Positions 1 to 9,328 of a stretch of DNA of 63,805 nucleotides are shown here, in pieces. Source of the DNA: Thermoanaerobaculia bacterium (GTDB taxonomy: Bacteria; Acidobacteriota; Thermoanaerobaculia; Gp7-AA8). A program made the translations under genes and the position numbers. Each line of letters starts with the position of its first letter. Position 1 is the first letter of the stretch. The stretch lies in the NCBI GenBank assembly GCA_036506455.1, contig DASXRT010000062.1, positions 1 to 63,805 of the forward strand, read 5' to 3'. The notes under the pieces are model-generated. The model was not told where the DNA came from. It ran no database searches and saw only the letters and a program-made list of their open reading frames with translations.

Positions 1-246
1 GTTTCGGGAGTGCTCAGTGGGCCCTTTCTCTATTATGCGAATCGGTCCATCGTTCGTTATGACCAGTTGAACGATGAGCGATTTCAACTGCTCCGAGCCT
101 ATGCCGGAGACGCCGGGTTGCCGTGGTACGCCGTCGTCGGCGATGGCGAGATCGATTTCGAAGGCTTGCAGCAGCGCTTCCGTGGGAGGTGGGCGATCGT
201 CGACCGATTCGAGACGTTCACTGTCTACCGGCTCGATGAGCCTTGA
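1..246 (+). CDS. C-terminal end of an unidentified protein (CDS enters from upstream of the window)
   Basis: Frame open from base 1 to TGA 244-246. A GC hairpin follows at 253-272. No motif recognised. Confidence 0.4.
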   Translation, partial: VSGVLSGPFLYYANRSIVRYDQLNDERFQLLRAYAGDAGLPWYAVVGDGEIDFEGLQQRFRGRWAIVDRFETFTVYRLDEP

Positions 247-252
247 CTGAAA

Positions 253-272
253 GGCGGCGGCGAGCCGCCGCT
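253..272. terminator. GC-rich hairpin between convergent genes (GGCGGCGG-CGAG-CCGCCGC)
   Basis: Inverted repeat read directly. It lies between the stop at 246 (+) and the stop at 281 (-). The same motif plus CTCCAAGNCTATT recurs at 17267-17300. Confidence 0.5.
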
Positions 273-280
273 CTCCAAGT

Positions 281-1489
281 CTATTTCTTCGCTGCTTCGC
301 GCTCGCGACGCTCGGTCGCTTCCTTCTCCGCCTGTGCCGACATCGGTGGGTTGTACGCGGGGATGCCGGTGACCGCTTCGCCGATGATCAGGTTATGGAT
401 GTCGTGTGTCCCTTCGTAGGTCTTCACCGACTCGAGGTTGAGCATGTGGCGGATGACCGGATACTCGTCGCTGATGCCGTTGGCGCCGAGGATGTCGCGG
501 GCCATGCGGGCACATTCGAGGGCGATGTGGACGTTGTTCATCTTGCCCATCGACACGTGCTGCGGCTTGAGCTTCCCCTGATCTTTCAGGCGTCCCATCT
601 GCAGCGCCAGGAGCTGACCTTTGGTGATCTCGGTGATCATCCAGGCCAGCTTGTTCTGCACGAGTTGATGCGCGGCGATCGGTTGTCCCCCGAACTGGAT
701 GCGCGACTTCGAATACTGCAGCGCCGTGTTGTAGACAGCCATCGCCGCGCCGATTCCGCCCCAGGCGATTCCGTAACGCGCCTGCGTGAGGCAGGAGAGC
801 GGATACTTGAGTCCGTTCGTCTCCGGAAGGACGTTGTCCGCGGGAATGCGACAGTCTTCGAAGAAGAGTTGCGAGGTCACTGACGCCCGCAGTGAGAACT
901 TGCCCATGTGGTACGCAGTGCTGAAGCCGGGCGTTTCCTTCTCGACGAGGAACCCGCGCACGGTTCCTTCCGCCTTCGCCCACACGACCGCAACATCGGC
1001 GATCGAGCCATTCGTGATCCACGCCTTGGCGCCATTGAGCACCCATTTGTCGCCATCGCGTCGTGCATAGGTGCGCATGCCGCCAGGATTCGATCCGAAA
1101 TCGGGCTCCGTCAGACCGAAGCAGCCAATCGCCTTGCCTGAGGCGAGTTTCGGGATCCAGTGGTCCTTCTGCTGTTTCGAGCCGTAGCTGTAGATCGGGA
1201 ACATGACCAGCCCCGATTGCACCGACGCGAACGAGCGCAGGCCGGAGTCGCCGCGCTCGAGCTCCTGCATGATCAGGCCGTACGCGACATTGTTGAGTCC
1301 CGGCAGCCCGTAATCGCTGATCGTAGCGCCGAAGAGTCCCATCTCGGCCATTTTCGGAATGAGCTCTTTGGGAAACTTCTCTTCGCGATTCGCTTCTTCG
1401 ATGATGGGGAGAACTTCGTCATCGACGAAGTCGCGCACGGTCTGGCGGACCATCAGCTCTTCTTCGGAGAAGAGCGAATCGATATCCAT
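281..1489 (-). CDS. gcdH: glutaryl-CoA dehydrogenase (acyl-CoA dehydrogenase family)
   Basis: Translation from MDIDSLFSEEELMVRQTVRDF matches the GCDH pattern (CFGLTEPDFGSNPGGM, ARYGIAWGGIGAA, YEGTHDIHNLIIG). I chose the ATG at 1489. The 653-aa track ORF adds an implausible 251-aa extension that overlaps the opposite-strand gene 1604-2059. Confidence 0.9.
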   Translation of the reverse strand: MDIDSLFSEEELMVRQTVRDFVDDEVLPIIEEANREEKFPKELIPKMAEMGLFGATISDYGLPGLNNVAYGLIMQELERGDSGLRSFASVQSGLVMFPIYSYGSKQQKDHWIPKLASGKAIGCFGLTEPDFGSNPGGMRTYARRDGDKWVLNGAKAWITNGSIADVAVVWAKAEGTVRGFLVEKETPGFSTAYHMGKFSLRASVTSQLFFEDCRIPADNVLPETNGLKYPLSCLTQARYGIAWGGIGAAMAVYNTALQYSKSRIQFGGQPIAAHQLVQNKLAWMITEITKGQLLALQMGRLKDQGKLKPQHVSMGKMNNVHIALECARMARDILGANGISDEYPVIRHMLNLESVKTYEGTHDIHNLIIGEAVTGIPAYNPPMSAQAEKEATERREREAAKK

Positions 1490-1603
1490 GTAATCGACGC
1501 CGGGGAACGTTGTCACGGGTGCGAATGATAGCTCAGATGTAACGCTCCGGAGGCGCTCCACATTGCTATAGTTGCGGACCTCAAGAAAGAAGGAGGCGTC
1601 TTT

Positions 1604-2059
1604 ATGCGCGTCGCACGAATGACTCTCATCACGGTCATCCTGTCGGTAGTGGTCGCTTATGGTCAGAGCTTTCTGACGCTCGAGGATCTGATGAACATGC
1701 CGGGCCAGACCATCGGCAAAGGATCCAATACGAACCCCGTCGGTCAATTTGGAGTCAAGAGCTATCACCTCGAAGAGCTGACGCTCACTGCGCCGGTGAT
1801 CGTCGATGGACAGACGATCAACGCGCAGAAGGCGTGGCGCATCAGCATCACCGGCGGACCATTTCCGGTGCGCGCGCAGGGCGCGACGATTTCCGTCGGC
1901 GGCGTCGATCTGCGAACGGCCGTGGAGAACGGCGATCTGTCGGAAGTCGCCGCCATCACCTTCGATGACTCGATGCTCCGCAATGGCGCCACGATCACGC
2001 TCTCGTACGCCGATGACGGCACCAACGTTCCCGACAAACTCAATCGGGGTAACAACTGA
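1604..2059 (+). CDS. secreted hypothetical protein
   Basis: N-terminal signal-like segment MRVARMTLITVILSVVVAYGQ. It sits 9 nt upstream of the hydrolase gene and has GC3-rich coding character. Confidence 0.6.
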   Translation: MRVARMTLITVILSVVVAYGQSFLTLEDLMNMPGQTIGKGSNTNPVGQFGVKSYHLEELTLTAPVIVDGQTINAQKAWRISITGGPFPVRAQGATISVGGVDLRTAVENGDLSEVAAITFDDSMLRNGATITLSYADDGTNVPDKLNRGNN

Positions 2060-2068
2060 GGAGGCGAT

Positions 2069-3772
2069 ATGAAAAACAGAATTCTCATCGCGTCGTTCCT
2101 CTTCGTCGCCGCGGTCGCATTCGCAGCGGATCCTTCCGCTCCCGGTCCACTCGCGGTCAGCAGAGAGGAGTACACGTTCGGCGACACCGCGTTCTTCCCT
2201 ACGAATTTCCCCGGCCCGGTCGAGGTGACGGCCAGCGTTCACTTCCCGACCGGATTACCGGGCGGACCGTATCCGCTCATCGTCTTTCTGCACGGACGCC
2301 ATGCCACCTGCTTCGTTGGCGGCGCGGCATTTCTCGAATGGCCGTGCGTCTCGCCCCGCCTGCCGATTCCGAGTTACCAGGGTTACGACTACATCTCGCA
2401 GGTGCTGGCCAGCCACGGCTACATCATCGTTTCGATCAGCGCCAACGGCATCAATGCCCGCGACAACTTCGTCTTCGATCTCGGCGCCAATGCTCGCGCT
2501 GAGTTGATTCAGCATCACCTCGATCTCTGGAACCAGTTCAACACAGCGGGCGGAGCGCCTTTCGGAACGAGATTCGTGGGCAAAGTCGACTTGACGCGCG
2601 TCGGTACGATGGGACACTCGCGCGGTGGAGAAGGTGTCGTTCGCCACTTCCTGCTGAACGTCTCTGCTGGATCGCCGTACGGAGTGAGAGCGGTCTACCC
2701 GCTCGCGCCGGTCGATTTCAATCGCTCGGTCGCCAACAACGTGTCGCTCGCGGTCATGCTTCCGTACTGCGACGGCGATGTCGCCGACCTGCAGGGCGTG
2801 CATTTCTACGATGACGCGCGCTACAGGGTTGCCGGCGATCCGACGGCGAAACACAACGTGCTCGTCATGGGCGCGAATCACAACTTCTTCAATACCGTAT
2901 GGACGCCCGGATCGAGCAACTCATTTCCCGGGGCTGCCGATGATTGGAACGCGTTCGTGCCCGGTGGTCGCAGCGATCCGCACTGTGGGGTCGTCAAAGG
3001 CAATCAGCGCCTGACTCCGGAGCAGCAGCGTGCTGTCGGTCTCGCTTACATCGCCGGTTTCTTCCGCAATTACATCGGCGGAGAAGATTTCGCCGCGCAG
3101 TTCACTGGCGATGTACGCGCCACGCCGAGCCAGACCTTCGTCATGTATCAGGCGCCTGATCTGCTCACGACTCGTCGCGACGTCAACCGGCTTCTCACCG
3201 CCGCCGATCTGTCGACAGACACCCTCGGCGGCGACGTAACGCAGAGCGGAATCACGCCTTACGAATTGTGCGGTGGCGAAGCGCCGCAGCCGCGGTTCTG
3301 TCTGCCGTTCGAGCGAAATTCGCGGCAGCCGCATACGACGCCGAGCGCGCGATCGCGAACCACGCGCGGCTTGAGCCAATTGCAGGCTGGATGGACTTCG
3401 ACCGCAGCATTCATCGAGAACGATCTGCCGAGAGGGACTCGCGATGTCAGCGCGTTCCACGTGCTGCAGTTCCGCGCCAGCGTGAATTTCGCCGACCTGC
3501 GCAATCCGGTCGGCTTGCCGCAGAATCTCGACGTCGTTCTCACGGATCGGAGGAACCGTAGTGCCTCGGTCCGCGTCAGTGATGTCTCGGGCGCGCTCTA
3601 CTATCCGCCCGGAGAAGTGATCCATGTCCCGAAAGTGCTGCTGAACACGATCAGGGTTCCCCTCACCGGATTTGGCGCCATCGATCTCACGGACGTCGTC
3701 TCGGTTCGTTTCAACTTCGACCGCACCGGCTCCGGCGCGCTTCTCATTTCCGATATCGCATTCGCGAATTGA
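2069..3772 (+). CDS. secreted alpha/beta-hydrolase (lipase/esterase-like)
   Basis: Signal peptide MKNRILIASFLFVAAVAFA. Nucleophile elbow GTMGHSRGGEG (GxSxG). LIVFLHG oxyanion-type motif. Confidence 0.75.
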   Translation: MKNRILIASFLFVAAVAFAADPSAPGPLAVSREEYTFGDTAFFPTNFPGPVEVTASVHFPTGLPGGPYPLIVFLHGRHATCFVGGAAFLEWPCVSPRLPIPSYQGYDYISQVLASHGYIIVSISANGINARDNFVFDLGANARAELIQHHLDLWNQFNTAGGAPFGTRFVGKVDLTRVGTMGHSRGGEGVVRHFLLNVSAGSPYGVRAVYPLAPVDFNRSVANNVSLAVMLPYCDGDVADLQGVHFYDDARYRVAGDPTAKHNVLVMGANHNFFNTVWTPGSSNSFPGAADDWNAFVPGGRSDPHCGVVKGNQRLTPEQQRAVGLAYIAGFFRNYIGGEDFAAQFTGDVRATPSQTFVMYQAPDLLTTRRDVNRLLTAADLSTDTLGGDVTQSGITPYELCGGEAPQPRFCLPFERNSRQPHTTPSARSRTTRGLSQLQAGWTSTAAFIENDLPRGTRDVSAFHVLQFRASVNFADLRNPVGLPQNLDVVLTDRRNRSASVRVSDVSGALYYPPGEVIHVPKVLLNTIRVPLTGFGAIDLTDVVSVRFNFDRTGSGALLISDIAFAN

Positions 3773-3773
3773 A

Positions 3774-4475
3774 TCAGTGACGGAGGACGGGCGGGATCGC
3801 CTGTCCTCCACACGTCGGACAGATCGACGCTGCGAGCCACACCGCCGCCACGGCGATGATCACGATCAGAATCATCATCGCGGCGCGGCCACCTCGCGGG
3901 ACCGGCCAATCGAGGATGAACGTTCCGCCGACGAGATCGCCGACGCGCTGTCGCTGGCTGGTGAACGTCGCGAACAGAAACCCGACGAGATAGAAGCCGA
4001 GGCCATCGACGATCCGCAGGGCATTGCGGATCGCGATCGCTGCCAGCCGGTTGCGGTCTCCTTCGACGCCGACGTGCAGGCCCATCGCCGCTTTTCCGAG
4101 CGTCGTCAGAAGGGCGACCTCACTGAGGAAGTGATAGAGAAACGTCACGACGAAAATCACGCCGCCGAGGGCGGCGGCGTTCGACACAGTCGGCTGGAAT
4201 TGATAGCCGCTCCAGTGATCGGCGGCCCAGGCGCCGCCGACGAGGAGAATGGCGGCGACGACAACGCGGTCGAACAGCAACGCGATCATACGATCGCCAA
4301 CGGCGGCGATCGTCGGTTGCCCGGTGGTGTCTCGGCGTGCGGCCGCGGCGCGCGCTCGGGCCGGTGATCCCGCCGATGCGGCCGCCTTTGCGTCGAGCGA
4401 CGGAAGCGACCTCTCGCAGACGAAGCACTTCGCCTCCCACCGCTCGTTGCTGACGCCGCAATAAGGACAGAACAT
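3774..4475 (-). CDS. RDD-family membrane protein with N-terminal zinc ribbon
   Basis: Starts MFCPYCGVSNERWEAKCFVC (CxxC..CxxC), followed by an RDD-like block (GDRMIALLFDRVVV) and several hydrophobic helices. I prefer the ATG at 4475 to the 4556 start in the track. Confidence 0.7.
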   Translation of the reverse strand: MFCPYCGVSNERWEAKCFVCERSLPSLDAKAAASAGSPARARAAAARRDTTGQPTIAAVGDRMIALLFDRVVVAAILLVGGAWAADHWSGYQFQPTVSNAAALGGVIFVVTFLYHFLSEVALLTTLGKAAMGLHVGVEGDRNRLAAIAIRNALRIVDGLGFYLVGFLFATFTSQRQRVGDLVGGTFILDWPVPRGGRAAMMILIVIIAVAAVWLAASICPTCGGQAIPPVLRH

Positions 4476-4492
4476 GGACGATTCGGCGAATT

Positions 4493-5137
4493 CTATCGCT
4501 TCCGCGCTGTGTAAACGATGTGAGCATGCGGGTAACCAGAATCGACCCGCTTCCACTCGAAATCGACGAAGCCGGCGCGCGCCATCCGCTCACTGATCTG
4601 CTCGCGCGACTCAGGGTGCAGCCCCTCGCCAATGGTGAGGCCGAACGCGCGATCGGAAATCCATTCCTGGATCTGGTTCCACCTCCACTTGAGACGATGG
4701 GCGGGGTCGATATCCTTCAAGAGGAAGATGCCGCCCGGTTTGAGCCGCTCGTAGACACGGGCAAAGAGCGCATCGCGCTGCTCTGGCGCGAGACGATAGA
4801 TGACGTCGTACATCGTCACGACATCGAATTCCCCGCGGATGCAGTCATCGTAACCAGCCACGAAACGAATCCGCGGATGCTCGTATGCGATCAGCACTTT
4901 TCGCAGATCGGGATCGACGGCCACGACATCGGCCGCGCACTCCTCGGCGATCAGCCGCGCCAGCAGACCGTGACCGGCGCCGATATCGAGAACGCCCGAG
5001 CCCGCGGGAATCAGGTCGAGCGTCCGCAGAAATGGCGTGCTGAGAAAACGCCCCAGGATGTGGATGCGGTGCGCGGCGGGATGCGCGCGAAACGTGCGGT
5101 GGAGCAGCGTCAGCGCACGGATATAGCCGAGCGGCAT
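4493..5137 (-). CDS. class I SAM-dependent methyltransferase
   Basis: Motif I VLDIGAGHGLLA, an acidic loop VVAVDPD, and post-I/II blocks (LKPGGIFLL). Confidence 0.85.
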   Translation of the reverse strand: MPLGYIRALTLLHRTFRAHPAAHRIHILGRFLSTPFLRTLDLIPAGSGVLDIGAGHGLLARLIAEECAADVVAVDPDLRKVLIAYEHPRIRFVAGYDDCIRGEFDVVTMYDVIYRLAPEQRDALFARVYERLKPGGIFLLKDIDPAHRLKWRWNQIQEWISDRAFGLTIGEGLHPESREQISERMARAGFVDFEWKRVDSGYPHAHIVYTARKR

Positions 5138-5163
5138 GAGGCGCGGATTATAGTTTTCACCGA

Positions 5164-6906
5164 TTGCGGTCCAGAGAACTGCTCATCGCCCTCGGCGTCT
5201 TCGTGATCGTGTTGTGGTTCGCGATCCCGGCTACGCCGTGGGAATTCGACGAACTGCTGTTCCTCCAGAGCCTCGGGCATTACGATCCGATCGCTCACCA
5301 TCCGCCACCGCCGGGCTATCCACTATTCATTGCCGCCGGAAACTTCTTTCGTCTCTTTGCGCCGAACAGCTTCACCGCGCTCGTGGCGATGAATTTCCTT
5401 GCCTCCGCGATCGGCTTCGTCCTCCTGGCGCTGGCGTTCCGCAACATCTCCGGCGACGCGACGCTCGGTGTGACCGGCGCACTTCTGTTCTACTTTTCAC
5501 CGGCACTGCTCGTTCATTCGACGCTGGCCATGTCCGATCCGGGAGCGATCGCTCTGCTCGGGGGAGCGCTTTACGTAATGTCCGCCGGCGAGTCGCCCGG
5601 ATTGTCCGGCGCATTGGCGGCGCTGACGATCGGATGGCGGCCGCAGTTCGCGATCTTCGTCGTGCCACTGCTCTTCACTCACGTCGCAATGCTGCAAACC
5701 TGGCGGAAGCGCGTGACCGTTCTGGCGATCTTCACGCTGGTGTGTCTCTCATGGCTCGTTCCGCTGGCCTATTCAGTCGGCGGAGTCGATCGGCTCGTCC
5801 GCTACGAGACGACGCAGGCCAGCTATCTCGCGGAACACGATGCCGATGTCTCACGCAGCGGCTGGACCACGCCGCGCGTCGCATTTCGATTCATCGCCCA
5901 TCCGTGGGGAACGAAGATCGCGTCGCTGCCTCTGCTGATCGCCGCGGTTGTCGGGGCGGTGGTGATGATCCGGAGGCGCGAGAGAGGCGCGATCCCGCTC
6001 GCGGTTGGCGCTCTTCTGTATCTCGCCTTCGCGCTCGGTTTCATGGATCCGGCCGATGGCGTTCGGTACGCGATCCCTTTCGTTCTCGGTAGCGCGTTCT
6101 TCGCCGCTGCGGGTATCGTCGAGCTGTCCCGGCGATTCCACGTACCCGCGTACGCGTTCGTCACCCTTTTTGCCGCCGGCTCGGTGATCTACGTCAGCTC
6201 GATCATCTCGCAGCGCGGATCATCCGATTCACCACCGTTTCGCGCTGCGCGTCTGGGGCGATGGCTCTATCCGCGCAACGCAGTCGTGCTCTACGAGCTG
6301 CCACTCTGGCCTCACGCGCAGGTCTTCTTTTCCGATCGGCAGCGGATGCGCGTCAACGACGGATTGGCGTTGTACTTCGATCGCGCTGATGTACCACTCT
6401 TCATCTATGCGGACGGGATCTCGCATGAGCCGGGAGCAAAAACGTTTCGGTGGCAACCGAGCGATGCCTATTCGAAGCTGACGCGAAATCACTACCGCGT
6501 CGTTTCGCTGATTCCGCTTCCGCCGGAGCGCCGCTTTCGTGTCCTGCGTGGCGTCTATGTCCCCGAGCGCGAAGCGGAAGGGGAGGAGTGGCGGTGGCTC
6601 GATTCGCCGGCAGAGCTGCAGTTGCCGCGTGGACCTGCGCGCTCAGTCATGATCCGTCTGGGGTTACCGGTCATCTATCCGATGGAAGTCAATCCGTTGA
6701 CCATCCACGTCGACGGCGCGCTCAGCCAAACGCTGGAGCTTCACCGCGGCAAGCCGATCGACATCGAGCTGAACGTGCCGGCCGGCTCGCCGGTGATTCG
6801 CTTCGACGCTGGACGAGCGTTCATTCCTGCTCGAGTTCCTAAGAGTCTCAATCGCGATCCGCGCCGTCTGGCCGTGAAGCTTTATGACCTGAGGAGCACG
6901 CTCTGA
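5164..6906 (+). CDS. GT-C fold membrane glycosyltransferase (ArnT/PMT/DUF2723-like), paralog 1
   Basis: Many TM helices. After TM1 there is an acidic loop WEFDELLF and an HHPPPPGYPLF motif. It has a soluble C-terminal domain. The start is TTG. Confidence 0.75.
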   Translation: MRSRELLIALGVFVIVLWFAIPATPWEFDELLFLQSLGHYDPIAHHPPPPGYPLFIAAGNFFRLFAPNSFTALVAMNFLASAIGFVLLALAFRNISGDATLGVTGALLFYFSPALLVHSTLAMSDPGAIALLGGALYVMSAGESPGLSGALAALTIGWRPQFAIFVVPLLFTHVAMLQTWRKRVTVLAIFTLVCLSWLVPLAYSVGGVDRLVRYETTQASYLAEHDADVSRSGWTTPRVAFRFIAHPWGTKIASLPLLIAAVVGAVVMIRRRERGAIPLAVGALLYLAFALGFMDPADGVRYAIPFVLGSAFFAAAGIVELSRRFHVPAYAFVTLFAAGSVIYVSSIISQRGSSDSPPFRAARLGRWLYPRNAVVLYELPLWPHAQVFFSDRQRMRVNDGLALYFDRADVPLFIYADGISHEPGAKTFRWQPSDAYSKLTRNHYRVVSLIPLPPERRFRVLRGVYVPEREAEGEEWRWLDSPAELQLPRGPARSVMIRLGLPVIYPMEVNPLTIHVDGALSQTLELHRGKPIDIELNVPAGSPVIRFDAGRAFIPARVPKSLNRDPRRLAVKLYDLRSTL

Positions 6907-8537
6907 AGCAGCTCCCACTTGTCATCGCCGCCGTCATCATTCTTGCGATACAGATCGCCACGCTGCCGAAGACGTTCTGGCAAAGCGAGGAGGTGCGCTT
7001 CGGTCAGGCTCTTCTGACGTTCGATCCGGTGCAGCAACAGCCCGAGCCTCCTGGATATCCGCTCCATGTCGCACTCGGCCGGTTGTTCAACTTCTTCGTC
7101 CACGATCCATTCTTCGCGTTACTGGCGTTGAGCATCGTGGCGTCAGTCGCCGGCGTCATCATCGTCTCCCTTCTGGCGACGGAGCTCCTCGGAGACCTGT
7201 GGAGCGGTGCCGCGGCGGCGCTCGTGCTCTATCTCTCACCGGCGATGCTCGTGTTCGGACCTTTGCCGAACGCCGAGGCGACGGCGATGGCGTTGATCGC
7301 GGGGGCGATGCTGGCATTCGTTCGAGGCGACGCGATCTGGTTCGCCATCTTCGCCGCAGCGGCAATCGGAGCGCGGCCGGAGATCGCGCTGGCGATTCTC
7401 GCAATGGTGTGTGTGGCGCTGGCGATTTCGCCGGGGATGCGGCGCGCGAGCGCTGCCGTCATCGGAGGCGCCACGCTTCTCCTCTGTTTCATCCCCCTCA
7501 TCGAAGCGATCCGAGGACGTTTCGGCGATTACGTGATCACCAATTACGCGGCGCTTCGAACGGCATCGGCCGCCGTGGGCCTGCACGGCCGCGAGCTTGT
7601 CCTGCGATTCATCGCCCATCCGTGGGGATCGAAATGGCTGTCGTTTCCGATCCTGATCGCGGCCGTGGTCGGACTTGGCATGATGAAGAAGCGCGCTCTC
7701 CCGCTCGCAGCGTTCGCTATCAGCCATCTTCTCTTCTGCTTCGCCGTGGCCGATCGTGGTGACGGCGTTCAGCCGGTGATTCCTTCGATGATCGCCGTGG
7801 CGATCTTCGCCGCGGCCGCCTTGTCGCGATGGCCGCGCGCTGCATTCGCCGCCGCTCTCGTCTACGGCGCCGCGGCGTTTCTCTACGCGTGGCCGATCCT
7901 CTACGATCGACATCGTATGCCGTCGCCGGCGGCAGCAGCGATGCGGTACGCGCGGCGGTATCTGCCGGCCGATGCTGTGCTGATGTACGAGCCGCCGCTC
8001 GAAGCCTGGGCGCGCTTCTCGCGAATCGATGTCGCTCCGATTCGCGATTTCGACCGGTACGCCGATCAGAAGACGCCGCTCTTCCTTCTCGCCGACGGTG
8101 GCTCGTCAACGCCACACGCGCGCACGTTTTTCTGGCGCGATAGTGACGCGTATGGAAAAGTGACCACGAATCGTTATCGCGTCGTCACCCTGATCCCTTT
8201 TCCGCCCGCCGCGCGCTATCGGTCGCTCGGCGGCGTCTACCAGTTTGAACGCAGCGGAGACGAGGAGTGGAGATGGCTCGGAAGCGATGCCCTGATCGCG
8301 CTGCCGCCACTGGGACCGCGCGTCGTCCATCTGGTGCTCGCTTTGCCTGCTGACGCGCCGATCGACCGCAATACAGTCAGCATCAACGGAGTTCCTGTGA
8401 CCGTCACGCGCGGACGCCCGCTATCCTTCTCGTTTCCGGCGCGCTCGCCGCTGCGCATTCACTCCGCGCGCTCCTTCACTTCCCCGCGCGATCGCCGCAC
8501 CCTTGCCGTTCAGCTTCTCTCACTCGAGCAGCGCTGA
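6903..8537 (+). CDS. GT-C fold membrane glycosyltransferase, paralog 2 (start uncertain; track start GTG 6993 looks too short)
   Basis: Paralog 1 residues LLIALGVFVIVLWFAIPATPWEFDELLF align with LPLVIAAVIILAIQIATLPKTFWQSEEVRF, which is encoded at 6912-7001 upstream of GTG 6993. The frame opens at 6888. Its only near-cognate start is CTG 6903, which overlaps the upstream TGA. Confidence 0.65.
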   Translation: MKQLPLVIAAVIILAIQIATLPKTFWQSEEVRFGQALLTFDPVQQQPEPPGYPLHVALGRLFNFFVHDPFFALLALSIVASVAGVIIVSLLATELLGDLWSGAAAALVLYLSPAMLVFGPLPNAEATAMALIAGAMLAFVRGDAIWFAIFAAAAIGARPEIALAILAMVCVALAISPGMRRASAAVIGGATLLLCFIPLIEAIRGRFGDYVITNYAALRTASAAVGLHGRELVLRFIAHPWGSKWLSFPILIAAVVGLGMMKKRALPLAAFAISHLLFCFAVADRGDGVQPVIPSMIAVAIFAAAALSRWPRAAFAAALVYGAAAFLYAWPILYDRHRMPSPAAAAMRYARRYLPADAVLMYEPPLEAWARFSRIDVAPIRDFDRYADQKTPLFLLADGGSSTPHARTFFWRDSDAYGKVTTNRYRVVTLIPFPPAARYRSLGGVYQFERSGDEEWRWLGSDALIALPPLGPRVVHLVLALPADAPIDRNTVSINGVPVTVTRGRPLSFSFPARSPLRIHSARSFTSPRDRRTLAVQLLSLEQR

Positions 8538-8554
8538 CGTATCATCGAAGGCGG

Positions 8555-9328
8555 ATGCAGAAGCCGACCATCTCGCTGGTGATCCCGATGTTCAACGAGG
8601 AGGCGAACATCGATCACGCGGTTCGCTACGCGGTCGATGCGCTGTCGCAGCACTCACGCGAGTACGAGATCTTGATCATCGACGACGCATCGACCGATCA
8701 GTCGCCGGAGATCGTTCGTCGCGCCATCGCCGGCAATCCGAAGATCCGTCTGATTCGCCACGATTTCAATCTCAAACTCGGCGCATCCCTCCGCACCGGA
8801 TTCGCCACCGCGCAGCACGAGTTAATCCTCTACATGGATGCCGATCTGCCGTTCGACCCCGACGTTCTGGGCAGAGCGATCCGGGCCATGAATGTCACCC
8901 GTGCGGATCTGATCTCCGGCTACCGCTTCGATCGCACGACCGAAGGATTCCGCCGCACTGTCTACACGATTGCCTACAACTGGCTCATCCGCGTGCTGTT
9001 CGGCATCTACATCCGCGACGTCAACTTCTCATTCAAATTGATGAGGCGTGAGGTTCTGCAAGCGATTCAGCTTCGCTCGGAAGGATCGCTGATCGACGCT
9101 GAGCTGATCGTGAAGGCGCGCAACCATGGCTACATCATCCAGCAGATCGGTCTCGATTACTTCCCACGCGTGCACGGCACGTCGCATCTATCTTCGCCGG
9201 CGGTGATTTTCAAGATCTTTCGCGAGCTCGTGGCGCTGTTTCCGGAGATGAGGAAGAAGGTTGCGCGTGGAGCGCCGCGCGCTTCGCGCGGCGAATCGGC
9301 GGCCGAAGCGGCCGCCGCTCCACAGTGA
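8555..9328 (+). CDS. family 2 glycosyltransferase (polyprenyl-phosphate sugar synthase-like: DPM1/ArnC/HpnI type)
   Basis: ISLVIPMFNEEANI and ILIIDDASTDQS (DxD region) on a GT-A fold of about 257 aa. Confidence 0.85.
   Translation: MQKPTISLVIPMFNEEANIDHAVRYAVDALSQHSREYEILIIDDASTDQSPEIVRRAIAGNPKIRLIRHDFNLKLGASLRTGFATAQHELILYMDADLPFDPDVLGRAIRAMNVTRADLISGYRFDRTTEGFRRTVYTIAYNWLIRVLFGIYIRDVNFSFKLMRREVLQAIQLRSEGSLIDAELIVKARNHGYIIQQIGLDYFPRVHGTSHLSSPAVIFKIFRELVALFPEMRKKVARGAPRASRGESAAEAAAAPQ

Noticed and set aside
281-2242. 653-aa ORF in the track
   Set aside because: Only the C-terminal 402 aa (from ATG 1489) look like glutaryl-CoA dehydrogenase. The N-terminal 251 aa are Arg/Asp-rich nonsense and overlap the credible opposite-strand gene 1604-2059.
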